This document shows positions 17,627 through 27,632 of a stretch of 64,000 nucleotides of DNA, in pieces; the first letter of the stretch is position 1; every line of letters begins with the position of its first letter. The notes beneath the pieces were generated by a model. That model was given only the letters and a program-made list of their open reading frames with translations, searched no databases and was not told the DNA's origin. A program made the translations under genes and the position numbers. The DNA is from Bdellovibrionia bacterium (lineage in GTDB: Bacteria > Bdellovibrionota > Bdellovibrionia > Bdellovibrionales > JAGQZY01), in assembly GCA_030427805.1 (NCBI GenBank), contig JAUICP010000003.1:131758-195757 (forward strand), in the 5' to 3' direction.

Positions 17627-18508
17627 ATGAGGATACTAAAAAAATTCAATCTTATTCTTATCGTAGCCCTTGCGATGGCCACGGCAACATCATTCGCACA
17701 GTTTGATGAAGTGAATAAAGAGGAGCATGTGAAGCTTGAACAAGCGAGACACCTCTTTCATCGTGGGCATTTAAAATTAGCGCTCGAAAAAACAACTTCC
17801 AGTTGCAATAAATCCTATAGCCCGGCTTGCTATTTCACGGGAGTGATCAAAGAGAGTCTCGGACAAACCGAGAATGCCCTCTCCTTTTACGATTACTCCT
17901 GCCGCCTCAAGTACTTCCAATCGTGCTTTCGAATGGCTCAGATCTATAGCTCACAACGGCAGGTAAAGAAGGCTGAACGCTACTTTCACTATGTTTGTGA
18001 ATTAGCTCAACACAGTCGTTCTTGCTTCGAACAGGCGCGAATTCGTCTGGATCAACGCAAACGAATCTCTGCCCAGCTGTTATTTGATAAAGCCTGCAGC
18101 ATGAGTAATGCTTACTCGAGATCTTGCCTCTACTCATTTTATACGTCTTGGATCAACGGCGAGCGTTTTGGACAGATTCGACTCACCAATAAATGTGTTA
18201 AAGAGGGAAAGCTCGAAGCCTGTGTGCTCGCAGCCCAGGCCCATGAAATTTTCAAAAACGAAAAAGGAACTTACACCTTCTATCAACTGGCCGATCGAAA
18301 GTGTCGGGATCAGCCCCAGCACATTTGCCACAAGATCGCTAATTTTTACATGAAAAAGGGACACAAGAGACAAGCTCTCTTAACCTATGATCACCTTTGC
18401 CAGCGTAAGGATTCGATTTCTTGTGAATTTGCCAACTCTATCCGTAGTTTTCAAACTGCCGGAAAAAGCATGCTGAGAATCCCCGCATCTACTTCGATTC
18501 CACGTTAA
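17627..18508 (+). CDS. Sel1-like repeat, cysteine-rich secreted protein (Hcp-like)
   Basis: Signal peptide. Repeated ~36-aa units with paired Cys (SCNKSYSPACYF, YSCRLKYFQSCF, YVCELAQHSRSCF, KACSMSNAYSRSCL). Confidence 0.7.
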   Translation: MRILKKFNLILIVALAMATATSFAQFDEVNKEEHVKLEQARHLFHRGHLKLALEKTTSSCNKSYSPACYFTGVIKESLGQTENALSFYDYSCRLKYFQSCFRMAQIYSSQRQVKKAERYFHYVCELAQHSRSCFEQARIRLDQRKRISAQLLFDKACSMSNAYSRSCLYSFYTSWINGERFGQIRLTNKCVKEGKLEACVLAAQAHEIFKNEKGTYTFYQLADRKCRDQPQHICHKIANFYMKKGHKRQALLTYDHLCQRKDSISCEFANSIRSFQTAGKSMLRIPASTSIPR

Positions 18509-18833
18509 GCTTTTCAGACTTTGACTTCCGTTCCTGAAGCTTCCAGCGATGAACTTGGTTTTCAAAATCTCGCATCATCAACTGAACTTTTGGAACGAGC
18601 CAAAGACGGCTCTTTCCGACTCCGTCAGATTTTTTAATATAGATTTCTGACGAAAAGATCTTCTTATCGACTTGGGCCACAACAGAAAACATAAAGCCCG
18701 ACTGAAAACCAATTCCGAGAGCCCTCACCTTCCCGGTATTTCGCAATCGACGCGTGACCTGTCCTAGGGTCCGATTGACTTCCTCTTCAAAACCTTCCCT
18801 TGGCACAAAATTAGAGAATTGGAAATTTTGCAT
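18489..18833 (-). CDS. Hypothetical protein, possibly HPF/RaiA-fold ribosome-associated factor
   Basis: 114 aa. The overall pattern and basic C-terminal tail are reminiscent of YfiA/HPF. The similarity is weak and judged by eye. Confidence 0.35.
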   Translation of the reverse strand: MQNFQFSNFVPREGFEEEVNRTLGQVTRRLRNTGKVRALGIGFQSGFMFSVVAQVDKKIFSSEIYIKKSDGVGKSRLWLVPKVQLMMRDFENQVHRWKLQERKSKSEKLNVESK

Positions 18834-18869
18834 TTACACTCCAATTCCATTACCTCATCTCTCAAGTTA

Positions 18870-20030
18870 TTAGACTCTTGGCGCTACCAGGTCGGTTAAT
18901 ATATTTTCTCTGGCAAAGACATCAAAGCGGACAGGAATGCCCCCGTTTTCGAAATGGAGACTATTGAGAGTCATCCAGCCCCTGGGAAGTTGCCTTATTG
19001 GCGCTTGGTGTTTTTTTGACCAAAGCAAGCCAACTCTGACTGGGTCGTATTGATCAATAATTTGCGACAGGACCTTTTCAGGACGTAATCGGGAATCCCT
19101 ATTAAGACGGGCTCCATAGGGCAGGTTACTGACGACATAGCACTGACCTTTGTATTCTTTAAGGTCAGCCCCCTTGTTATCCCCGTGATAGAAATCAAAT
19201 ACTTCTGCATTGAAAACTTCAGAGTCGAAATTTTTCGACAAAAGCTTATAGGTCTCACCGTCCTTTTCACAGCCAAAAAAAGACTTGAAGGATGGCCAAG
19301 CCAAAGAAGTCTGATAAGCATCGACCTTTCCTGCAATGGGCCAAGTTTCAAAACTAAAAGTTCTTAAGGTTTGTGGCTGATTGAGTAAAGCCCCTTCAAA
19401 CAAAAAACTTCCGCTGCCCATAAAGGGGTCACAAAGTGCATACTTAGAATCATCCGACGAATTCATACCATCGGTTAAAAAGAGCAACAGACCACTGGCC
19501 AGGTTTTCTCGAATCGGCGCTTTGGGTGTGTACTGTCGCCAACCTCTCTTGTGAAGGGGCTCCCCAGTGGAGTCAATACTAAGACTCAATTCGTCCCTAA
19601 AAAAACGGAGATCTAAACGCATGGCTCCCGGTCGTTTCTTCATTTTTTTGAAATGCTTCAAACAAAACTTTTCTATTTCCCGTTGATGGTTTAAGCGACT
19701 CGACCGACTACTGATATTAAATTTTAATTGATCCTTGATTCCGTATTGCCCCCAATCGATTTGCGCAAAAATGTGGGAGAGCTCTTCAAAATCGCTACAT
19801 GGGAATGTTCCAAGGCGCATTAAAACTCGCGTTGCGGACTTTAGATGATAATTAAGACTCAATCCAAAGTTTAACTCCGCCTCGATCTCAATCCCGCCGG
19901 GAAAGAGTTCCCAATCTTCTGGTGGACTGACCTGATGACTTTCTAAACTTGGCAGGAGGTGCAAAAGCTCCCGATAACAAATATTTTCAAATCCGGGTGG
20001 AATCACCACGAAAAAACGGAACTTAGGCAA
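18870..20030 (-). CDS. THUMP-domain class I SAM-dependent RNA methyltransferase (RlmL/YpsC-like)
   Basis: PIRENLASGLLLF, CDPFMGSGSFLFEGAL (SAM motif I), VVSNLPYGARL (NPPY-like). TTG start overlapping the upstream stop. Confidence 0.8.
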   Translation of the reverse strand: MPKFRFFVVIPPGFENICYRELLHLLPSLESHQVSPPEDWELFPGGIEIEAELNFGLSLNYHLKSATRVLMRLGTFPCSDFEELSHIFAQIDWGQYGIKDQLKFNISSRSSRLNHQREIEKFCLKHFKKMKKRPGAMRLDLRFFRDELSLSIDSTGEPLHKRGWRQYTPKAPIRENLASGLLLFLTDGMNSSDDSKYALCDPFMGSGSFLFEGALLNQPQTLRTFSFETWPIAGKVDAYQTSLAWPSFKSFFGCEKDGETYKLLSKNFDSEVFNAEVFDFYHGDNKGADLKEYKGQCYVVSNLPYGARLNRDSRLRPEKVLSQIIDQYDPVRVGLLWSKKHQAPIRQLPRGWMTLNSLHFENGGIPVRFDVFARENILTDLVAPRV

Positions 20031-20700
20031 AATCTATTTCTCCAGCGATTAGAGACCGAATCTGTTCTAGGCAGTCCTCGTTAATTTCGTGGGCTAGACC
20101 CTCTATTGATATAAATTTCCCCTGATTGCCCAGGTCTTTCATTTTATTGAAACTGGATTTTGAATTTTCGTATTCTACAATGTGGTCCTCGGTTCCGTGG
20201 ATTGAATAGATCGGAAACTGAAAGGCCTTCTTAAAGTCTTCGAATCGGTAACGGGAGCCAATCCCGCAAATCCATTTTATGGATTTCAAAACTTTCGAGA
20301 TATGGGGGGCAAAATACCCACCCTGGGAAAAACCGAGTACCTTTGTCTCTTTATTCAACCAATTCAAACTCTCCAATTGTTTTTCAATCGTTCGCAAGGA
20401 CAGATCCATATCGCGAACAAACTCCCCGCTTCGTCCATCAAAAAAATACCAAGAGTAGGTCATTTTATAGTGGTCCTTTTGCCGGATGGGTACGGGATAG
20501 GGTCCGTTAGGAATAAAGAGATTCACATCCTCAGGCAAGGCTGGTCGAAGCCAATTATAAATATCTTCTCCCGTTTGTTTGTAGCCGTGCAAAAGAATGA
20601 GGAGCTGCTGACTTCCGGTTACCTTCCGATAAAAGAAACTGGTATCAATCTCAGCGGGGACCTTTATGTCTTTACTGAGCAGGTTCTTACTGTCCGTCAT
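20023..20700 (-). CDS. Alpha/beta hydrolase, phospholipase/carboxylesterase family
   Basis: LILLHGYKQTG, nucleophile elbow GFSQGG, HGTEDHIV, GLAHEI. Confidence 0.7.
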   Translation of the reverse strand: MTDSKNLLSKDIKVPAEIDTSFFYRKVTGSQQLLILLHGYKQTGEDIYNWLRPALPEDVNLFIPNGPYPVPIRQKDHYKMTYSWYFFDGRSGEFVRDMDLSLRTIEKQLESLNWLNKETKVLGFSQGGYFAPHISKVLKSIKWICGIGSRYRFEDFKKAFQFPIYSIHGTEDHIVEYENSKSSFNKMKDLGNQGKFISIEGLAHEINEDCLEQIRSLIAGEIDFA

Positions 20701-21268
20701 TTTTTAATAACCCAAGAAGAGTATCTGCTGGGATTTCTGGTGAAACCTGCCCCTGAATATTCCACCTCTGTAAAAAACTCTCTTCAAAATGATCCTTACT
20801 TAGAAAATAGATTTTCGAAAAGAAGGGTCCCGTCTTTTGTAAAACCTCTTCGAGCTCACCTTTTATAAAATTGGGTTCGATAAAGAAATAGGTCGGCCGG
20901 TAGGAATCTCTTAAACTCTTCCACTCTTCGATGCGAGGTATGTGAACAAAAAGTAAATCCCTATTGGGCAATTCAAAACCTGGTTCATTCGGGGAAAGCC
21001 ACCACAATGTTTCAAATTGGGGCTGATTTAAGTGAATCTGTTGTTCTATTTCTTTGAGGCAGTCCTCGGCAGAATTGCGGGCTTTTATCAGAAAGTCTCG
21101 ATGATACTCGCTCATTTCTGGCCCAATTTCATCCACAAGAATTTGCGCAAAGCCCTTCATGATTCCCACAGCGGACTTTAAATCGTGCTCACAGTAACTC
21201 TTGAGCTTTCTGAACTTCTGAATCTCGCGGGAAATGCTTTCGTTATTGGCATAAAACTTTGTTTTCAT
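20687..21268 (-). CDS. HisKA-like (H-box) domain protein with no recognisable ATPase domain
   Basis: CEHDLKSAVGIMKGFAQILVDE resembles the SHELRTPL H-box. I could not see N, G1 or G2 boxes in the 193 aa. Confidence 0.45.
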   Translation of the reverse strand: MKTKFYANNESISREIQKFRKLKSYCEHDLKSAVGIMKGFAQILVDEIGPEMSEYHRDFLIKARNSAEDCLKEIEQQIHLNQPQFETLWWLSPNEPGFELPNRDLLFVHIPRIEEWKSLRDSYRPTYFFIEPNFIKGELEEVLQKTGPFFSKIYFLSKDHFEESFLQRWNIQGQVSPEIPADTLLGLLKNDGQ

Positions 21269-21404
21269 AATGGGTTCCTGAACTGATTATGCCATCCTGG
21301 ACCAGTAATCGTTATTCTAAATGGCTTTTCAACGCGTCTCAGCTAAAAGAAATTATGACCTTGGTCTGCCTAATTTTTTCTCTAGAGAAGACCGATAAAC
21401 AAAC

Positions 21405-22121
21405 ATGGCAGAAGAATCAAATTACAAAATATTTGTGGTCGAAGATTCAATGGATCACCAGATCCAAATTCGCAAGGCACTATCGCACTACGATTTGCGT
21501 ATTGAGCCCAATATGAAAGAGGCCATGGATCGCATTAATAGCGAAGACTTTGACCTCTACATCCTCGATATCATGCTCCCCGATGGAGATGGTTATCAAA
21601 TCTGCCATTGGTTGCAAAATAACGAGAAGACCAAGGACCGCCCCATCATATTTCTATCTTCAAAATCTGAAGAGGGCGATCGCGTTCACGGTCTGCGCCT
21701 AGGGGCGGAAGATTACATCTGTAAACCCTTTGCCCCCGAAGAACTTCTGGCTCGTGTGGAAGTGAAACTACGCAAGAAGAAACAGCCCGACACCGAACTC
21801 GATCTCGGTTATCTCAAGTTTGATTTTATTGCCCAGAAAATTTTCTTGCGAGAAAACGGTGAAGAAAAGCAACTGGATCTAACCCCTCGAGAGTTCAAAA
21901 TTCTTTCTTTGATGGGTCGACACCTTAACTCGAGTCTCGAACGCCAAATTATTCTGGAAGAGGTTTCGGGCAAGGACGTACACGTCTCAGATCGATCAAT
22001 CGATACCCATGTCGCGGCCATTCGCAAAAAACTGGGAAGCCATTCCAATCAATTAAAGTCCGTCCACGGTAAAGGCTATATGCTTCTTTCTGATTCGGAT
22101 TCTCAAAGCCAGTCCGCTTAA
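21405..22121 (+). CDS. OmpR-family response regulator
   Basis: Receiver KIFVVEDS...DLYILDIMLPDGDG...KPF. Winged-helix LTPREFKILSLM...VHGKGY. Confidence 0.9.
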   Translation: MAEESNYKIFVVEDSMDHQIQIRKALSHYDLRIEPNMKEAMDRINSEDFDLYILDIMLPDGDGYQICHWLQNNEKTKDRPIIFLSSKSEEGDRVHGLRLGAEDYICKPFAPEELLARVEVKLRKKKQPDTELDLGYLKFDFIAQKIFLRENGEEKQLDLTPREFKILSLMGRHLNSSLERQIILEEVSGKDVHVSDRSIDTHVAAIRKKLGSHSNQLKSVHGKGYMLLSDSDSQSQSA

Positions 22122-22218
22122 TTTGATTAAAAGTTAGGCAAAAAACAAAAAGTTCCGTAAAATTAACGCCTTAGCTCACAAGATCAAGGTCCAATCCCGA
22201 TATATATCTGGGATCCAA

Positions 22219-23304
22219 ATGAATATTAAGAGAGAGTTTCGTTTACTTATACTGATGGCATTAATGCCCCTACTCGGACTAGCCTGTGCTGGCCCGGTGA
22301 CTCCTTTTGGCGCTATTCATCTCCCTCCACAGAAAAAGGCAAAACCCAAAGAAATCGAATCCAGTTACGATAAACTCATTTCGATCCAGTTCAATCCGCA
22401 AAAACAAGTCCTTCACGGGAGTGAAGACTTTGAGATCATTATTAAAGATTCGGCCGGCTTAGAAACCAATGATTCAATCAAGGTTTACTTTAACGGTGTG
22501 GACATTACTTCGAGCTTTTTCTACCGAGCCGAAGTGTTTACTGACCCCTCCCAAACTGAACTTAAAGTTCGATTTAAGAACCTTCAACTGCGCCCCGATC
22601 AACGAAATGACATAATGGTGCGCTATAAAAATCAACTGGGTATTGTTCGAACTCAACGCTTCGAAAGCCCCTACTGTCCTTTGACCAATTTGTGGAATAT
22701 CGAAAACGTTCGCCCTTTTCAACCGAGGGACAAAATCATTCAGTTGGTTCAAGATCGCTCGAGCGAAGAGGGACTCAATCCAAGTTTAATCGTTGCTCTC
22801 ATCGCCCAAGAGTCCGGCTTTTACAGCAAAGCTCTTTCCTGGGCACGGGCCTTGGGACTGACACAAATCACTCCCCTTGCCGAAAGGGACATAGCCTCTA
22901 GTCATCCCGAATTTAAACGCTATCCCGACATTAACGATATGTCCTTTTTAGAACTCAAAGCTAAAATTCTTTCTGGAAAAATCAATAGTAAGAACGAGTG
23001 GCGACTCGATCCAAAATCTTCAATTATTGGTGGTATCAGCTTTCTCAAAAGATTGGATGAGTATTGGCGTCGAAAAGAAACCGACGAATTGCTCAGAAAG
23101 AACTTTGCAAATCCAGAAAAGGCCCGCCTTGATGCCATATTGGCCAGTTACAATTCGGGTGCAAGTCGCGTGCGCAGAGCGATCAAAAAACATGGAAAAG
23201 ACTATCTGTTTGCCTCTAAAGAATTGAATGCCGCCAGAGAGTACGTTCATAAAATTCAGAGCTATTGCTTTCACTTTAGTGATATTTCAAAGACAAAGGA
23301 TTAA
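22219..23304 (+). CDS. Lytic transglycosylase (SLT domain) lipoprotein
   Basis: Lipobox LLGLAC. SLT catalytic region LIVALIAQESGFYSKALSWARALGLTQITP and ASYNSGASRV. Confidence 0.8.
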   Translation: MNIKREFRLLILMALMPLLGLACAGPVTPFGAIHLPPQKKAKPKEIESSYDKLISIQFNPQKQVLHGSEDFEIIIKDSAGLETNDSIKVYFNGVDITSSFFYRAEVFTDPSQTELKVRFKNLQLRPDQRNDIMVRYKNQLGIVRTQRFESPYCPLTNLWNIENVRPFQPRDKIIQLVQDRSSEEGLNPSLIVALIAQESGFYSKALSWARALGLTQITPLAERDIASSHPEFKRYPDINDMSFLELKAKILSGKINSKNEWRLDPKSSIIGGISFLKRLDEYWRRKETDELLRKNFANPEKARLDAILASYNSGASRVRRAIKKHGKDYLFASKELNAAREYVHKIQSYCFHFSDISKTKD

Positions 23305-23309
23305 TCACT

Positions 23310-24089
23310 ATGAAAAAACGTCCCGTTAGTTTGATTATACTCGCTTCATTCTTACTGGGATGTGCCGTCGCAATTCCCCTCCAGATTTCGTACCTCTATG
23401 GCATATCCTTTATCAATCCTCTGGCGATGTTCCACTACATTTCTCTGCCCAATTGGCTCTTCATCGGCTTTTGTTTACTCAACGCCTACCTACTTTTTGA
23501 AGCCTCTGATTGGGTGAAGTGGACTCTTCCCGTTCTGCTTGTGATTACTCTTTGGAATAATTGGTTTGTTAGTCAGTTTGGCCAAGACTACGACGAGGCA
23601 ACGACACTCGTTGCAAGCGCTCTATTTATCTTCGTCCACGGTCTTATTTTTCATCGGTCAGCGCTGAAGGTTCTTCGCGACCCCAGTAACCGATGGTGGC
23701 GAATTCCCCAGAGAAAGCAAATTCCAATCGAAGTCGTGCTCACTAAAATGGGTGGGCAAAAAGTCAGTCTCGAATGTTATGATATCTCAGAGGGTGGAAC
23801 TTTCCTCCCCCATGAGAATCTGATGAAAGCCAATTCTAATAAGTCGGAAAAACGCAAGAAAGTGAAACTGGATGTGGGCGATCACGTTCAAGTAAAGTTA
23901 AAGCTGAGTCAGCTCCATCGGGTCACTTGCTATGCTCGAGTGGTTCGGGAAGCACCTGCCAAAGGAAACTATCCGGGAGGCTATGGCCTGTCTTTTGACG
24001 CTATGGAAAAGGACAAGCAGAAAATCTTGCGCTCTTTCATTCAAAAAACCCCAGAGATGGGTAATATTTGGAGTACAGCCTTAGTATAA
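23310..24089 (+). CDS. Membrane protein with a C-terminal PilZ (c-di-GMP-binding) domain
   Basis: Four predicted TM helices. PilZ motifs RWWRIPQRKQIPIE (RxxxR) and YDISEGGTF (DxSxxG). Confidence 0.7.
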   Translation: MKKRPVSLIILASFLLGCAVAIPLQISYLYGISFINPLAMFHYISLPNWLFIGFCLLNAYLLFEASDWVKWTLPVLLVITLWNNWFVSQFGQDYDEATTLVASALFIFVHGLIFHRSALKVLRDPSNRWWRIPQRKQIPIEVVLTKMGGQKVSLECYDISEGGTFLPHENLMKANSNKSEKRKKVKLDVGDHVQVKLKLSQLHRVTCYARVVREAPAKGNYPGGYGLSFDAMEKDKQKILRSFIQKTPEMGNIWSTALV

Positions 24090-24181
24090 CGCGTGGCGAA
24101 TTAGAAATAATTGCTACGGAATTCTTATTATCTCGACAGTTTCTGGCAGTGAATCTAGGACTATTCCCAATCGAGGTATTT

Positions 24182-24631
24182 ATGAAAATTTCATCAGGCA
24201 TTCTTTCTTGTATTGTTCTCTCTTTTCTTGGCAGTGCGCTTCTATTTTCACCAAGCATTCAAGCCCAGGAGGGATCACCGCTCCGACTTAAGATGGCCAA
24301 AGAGTTGCCGCAAAGTGTTGTGATTCGCTATAACCACACCTCAGGCGAAGTCGCACTTCTGAGCAGTTCCCAGGATTTACAGCAGGGAGAAGGCACAGAA
24401 ACTCTTCTAAAAGCACAAATGCAGGAATTTAAATCCTTGGGACAAAAAGAATCCCTAGTCGGTCGAAGCGCAAAGGCCTCTCACGGTGAAAATTGGTTTC
24501 TCTATTTTTATGGAAACAACCCCAACTACCCTAGCTTCTTTTACGGAGGCTTCCTCTATCGCCTTGAAATGTATCACGTGTTTCACTGGTATAATTACGA
24601 GTTTCGACTTTTCAAAATGACCAGGAATTAG
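24182..24631 (+). CDS. Secreted hypothetical protein
   Basis: MKISSGILSCIVLSFLGSALLFSPSIQAQ signal peptide from ATG 24182. Aromatic-rich C-terminus. Confidence 0.5.
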   Translation: MKISSGILSCIVLSFLGSALLFSPSIQAQEGSPLRLKMAKELPQSVVIRYNHTSGEVALLSSSQDLQQGEGTETLLKAQMQEFKSLGQKESLVGRSAKASHGENWFLYFYGNNPNYPSFFYGGFLYRLEMYHVFHWYNYEFRLFKMTRN

Positions 24632-24685
24632 ACCTCCGCTGAGTTAATCATTGTCAAATCAAAGCCTATGAAGGAAAACTGAACT

Positions 24686-25615
24686 ATGTCTCAGTTGATC
24701 GATTTTCATAGTCTTTGTCTTCCGAATCCTCCCTTTGATCGCGAAATTGACGAGATCAAAGAGCGAATCAAACCCTACTATGATAAAACCAGCCCTTGGC
24801 TGCACTTTGCACAAAAACAAATTCGAGACCTACCTTCCATAGCCTCAAGAGTTTCAGAGGAGGTGGGCTACCCGCTCTTACTGAGCCGTCTCCTAATGGA
24901 ATCAAGCCTTAGGGATCTGCAGAGGCAGCTCGATGAAAACTCAATTTCCTACGCCATGGTCGTTGCTAAACATGGACTTTTAAATAATGAACAGCTCATG
25001 GAAATCTGCGAATCAGACTCTCGACTTATTCCCTGCATGCGGATCCCCAGAGAAAACAATGAACCCGACCAGCTCATACAGGACTACTACGACCGAGGGG
25101 TTCGCTTTATTAAGCTGACACCTCCGCTCGAAGCCTTTCAGCCCATGAGTCCCCATTATCTTTCAGTTTTAAAGAAGGCCAATGAACTGCAAATGAGTAT
25201 TATTTTGCATACTGGGGTTATTCAAAGTCGCCTCTTCTTTAAGCGCCCCGAATTAGGTGACGTAGAGCATTTTAATCGCTGGTTCGAGATGTATCCGCGC
25301 CTTAGGTTTTTTCTCGCCCATATGAATCTCAACGAGCCCGAAAAAGCCATTGTCGCAGCCGAGACTTTCGAAAACCTGAGTCTACTAACAAGTCATCAAT
25401 CTTTACGAGATATCACCGAAGCCGTTGATCGCATTGGTGCTGAGCGCGTTTTATTTGCCAGCGATTGGCCTTTTATCGGCGATAATATTCGACTCTCTCT
25501 GAAAAAAATAAAACGTGGAAAAAGAGAGGGCCATATTTCATCGGGTGAGGCTGCACAGATTTTGGGTGATAATGCCGAAAAGCTCTTCAAGTCCTACGGA
25601 ATTATCGACTCATAA
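24686..25615 (+). CDS. Amidohydrolase-2 (TIM-barrel metal-dependent hydrolase) family protein
   Basis: IILHTG, FFLAHMN and RVLFASDWPF motifs. Confidence 0.65.
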   Translation: MSQLIDFHSLCLPNPPFDREIDEIKERIKPYYDKTSPWLHFAQKQIRDLPSIASRVSEEVGYPLLLSRLLMESSLRDLQRQLDENSISYAMVVAKHGLLNNEQLMEICESDSRLIPCMRIPRENNEPDQLIQDYYDRGVRFIKLTPPLEAFQPMSPHYLSVLKKANELQMSIILHTGVIQSRLFFKRPELGDVEHFNRWFEMYPRLRFFLAHMNLNEPEKAIVAAETFENLSLLTSHQSLRDITEAVDRIGAERVLFASDWPFIGDNIRLSLKKIKRGKREGHISSGEAAQILGDNAEKLFKSYGIIDS

Positions 25616-25633
25616 CTTTGATTTCAAAAGCAA

Positions 25634-26638
25634 TTAGAAGCGAGAGAGTTCGCTGTGAATGAATTCCATTTCGCGAATTTGATTCTCTAAATCTTCAGAG
25701 AGTGGCAATAGAGTGTATTCTAGACCCATTCGATAGGCCTTTTGCCTGCGATCGACACCGAGTTTTTGTCGTTCGATTTCTCGAGTACACGTTCGAACCT
25801 CTTGGGCAAACTCTTCAACGGCCATGTTAAATTCGGACGTTCGCGGTGTACCCATTGCCGAACGAAGGTGTTCTAGTTTTGCGTGCGAGTATAAGGCGAT
25901 CATCTGACTAATAATCTGTACACTCATCAGCTCTTGAACCATACGATCCTCAGGCGAGTCATCGCACTGACTCTCGCTTGGAGTTGGTCGAAGATAAAGA
26001 GCATCGTCCGTTTCGAAGTTATAACCTCTGATATCATTGATCACCTGCTGCGGAGACCACGAAGTCATAATCGGAAGATCAAGGTTATTCTCAGGTCCTA
26101 TGCTTCGAAAATTGAGTACATATTGCGGCCCGCCTAAACCGTTTCCGAGGAAACTACCTAGGGCTAAAATCCGTTGAATACCAAAACCAGTCGTATCGAT
26201 TTCTATGTTGAAATTGGCTCTGGGTACTTTCACACACTGATGTTGCTCTCCTGCCACGTATACAAATCGATAAAAATCTTCATTGATATTGCTACGTCCG
26301 TGGAGATAGGAGAGAACACTCGGACTCGTCATCGGATCTAAACTAAAATTCTCATGCAGAACTGCTTCATTAACCAGCATGGTAAAAATCTGTTCGGGTC
26401 CCGTGAAAAAATCAGCTTCTTTGGCTCGATGTTGGCGTTTATGAGATTGATCCAAGTAACTCAGACAAGACATTAACCTGGAGAAATCAAGGGACGGCTC
26501 CGGCAAGTTAGAAACTTGCGAATAGACTCTGGCCGTTTCAGTTTGAAAGTCATGGGGACTTGCCCCTGCTTTTTGACCTATTCCCGAAAAACCAAAAAAT
26601 ATGAAAATAAATAAAAATTTCTCTAACTTAACTCGCAT
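25634..26638 (-). CDS. Secreted hypothetical protein
   Basis: 334-aa ORF with a signal-like N-terminus FLFIFIFFGFSGIGQKAGA. No family recognised. Confidence 0.55.
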   Translation of the reverse strand: MRVKLEKFLFIFIFFGFSGIGQKAGASPHDFQTETARVYSQVSNLPEPSLDFSRLMSCLSYLDQSHKRQHRAKEADFFTGPEQIFTMLVNEAVLHENFSLDPMTSPSVLSYLHGRSNINEDFYRFVYVAGEQHQCVKVPRANFNIEIDTTGFGIQRILALGSFLGNGLGGPQYVLNFRSIGPENNLDLPIMTSWSPQQVINDIRGYNFETDDALYLRPTPSESQCDDSPEDRMVQELMSVQIISQMIALYSHAKLEHLRSAMGTPRTSEFNMAVEEFAQEVRTCTREIERQKLGVDRRQKAYRMGLEYTLLPLSEDLENQIREMEFIHSELSRF

Positions 26639-26865
26639 TTAAATATCGCTTTCACCATCACTTGGAATAGGCAAATCCAATACCAGTATCTCGGGCTCTA
26701 AAACCCCTCTCATTTGCCTGATTCCTTTACAGAAAGCGCAAAATGGCATAATTCGCGGCTGAAAGGGCTCTAAAAGGAGGCTCAAATACAATGAATCCCA
26801 AATGAAGGAACGCTTCACTAAAAATTCTGGCACTAATATTGGATTTAAGGAGATTGAGGTTTGAT

Positions 26866-27630
26866 ATGAAAAAGTATTTTTTTATTACATTAATTGCATT
26901 TTTTAGCTCCCAGGCACTGGCTGGAAAATGCCCGGTTTATCAACATAACTCGGAAGAGCACGTTGCCTATCTAGAGACTCTTCCCGACTGTACTGTGAGT
27001 CAGTACAATTCTAAGTCCATGGTGGGCTGTAGTGTTCGCGGCTTTATTATTAATGTCGCTTCAAGAAGTTCAGAGCTCTCCAATGCCGACCTCTTAACAT
27101 TCTTTAGAGGAAGAGATCTTCGCGGCTTTGACTTTAGAAGAGCCGATCTCAGAGGAGTGAATTTTCGCGGATCCAATCTCCGAAATGTTGACTTTACCAA
27201 TGCCACAATTATGACAGCTGACTTTCGAGATGCTAATCTCAGAAGGGCTGACTTTCGAGGAACTCAAGCTGTTCAAGCTAAGTTTCAAGGAGCTGATGCC
27301 CAAAGAGCTGATTTTTCGATTGCGAACTTATCAGAAGCCGAGTTTAACAATGCCGACCTCACTCGAGCTAAATTTAATGGTTCCGAAATTGGAAGTGCGG
27401 ACTTTGGCGGTTCTGATTTAACTCGAGCCCAATTTAAATATCAAATGAATCCCGGCCAAACCAATGCCGGCTGGTCTCAAGGTAATAATGTCAGTTTCGC
27501 AGGTGCTCAACTCAACCATGCCGATATGAGTGGTTTTTGGGGCTGTTATGCCAACCAAAGTGCTGCTCTGAGTGCTTGGACCATTCGTGGTCGCACGGGT
27601 ATGCGACTCCCGACTCGCGGAATGCGGTAA
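26866..27630 (+). CDS. Secreted pentapeptide-repeat protein
   Basis: Signal peptide from ATG 26866. Long run of A(D/N)LXX repeats (ADLRGVNFRGSNLRNVDFTNATIMTADFRDANLRRADFRG...). Confidence 0.85.
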   Translation: MKKYFFITLIAFFSSQALAGKCPVYQHNSEEHVAYLETLPDCTVSQYNSKSMVGCSVRGFIINVASRSSELSNADLLTFFRGRDLRGFDFRRADLRGVNFRGSNLRNVDFTNATIMTADFRDANLRRADFRGTQAVQAKFQGADAQRADFSIANLSEAEFNNADLTRAKFNGSEIGSADFGGSDLTRAQFKYQMNPGQTNAGWSQGNNVSFAGAQLNHADMSGFWGCYANQSAALSAWTIRGRTGMRLPTRGMR

Positions 27631-27632
27631 AC

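Noticed and set aside
26639-26833. 64-aa minus-strand ORF ending immediately before the ATG of the 25634-26638 gene.
   Set aside because: The tight stop-start junction is suggestive. However, it leaves only about 30 nt to the divergent pentapeptide-repeat gene, has no motif, and I saw no clear RBS. The support is not enough to call it.
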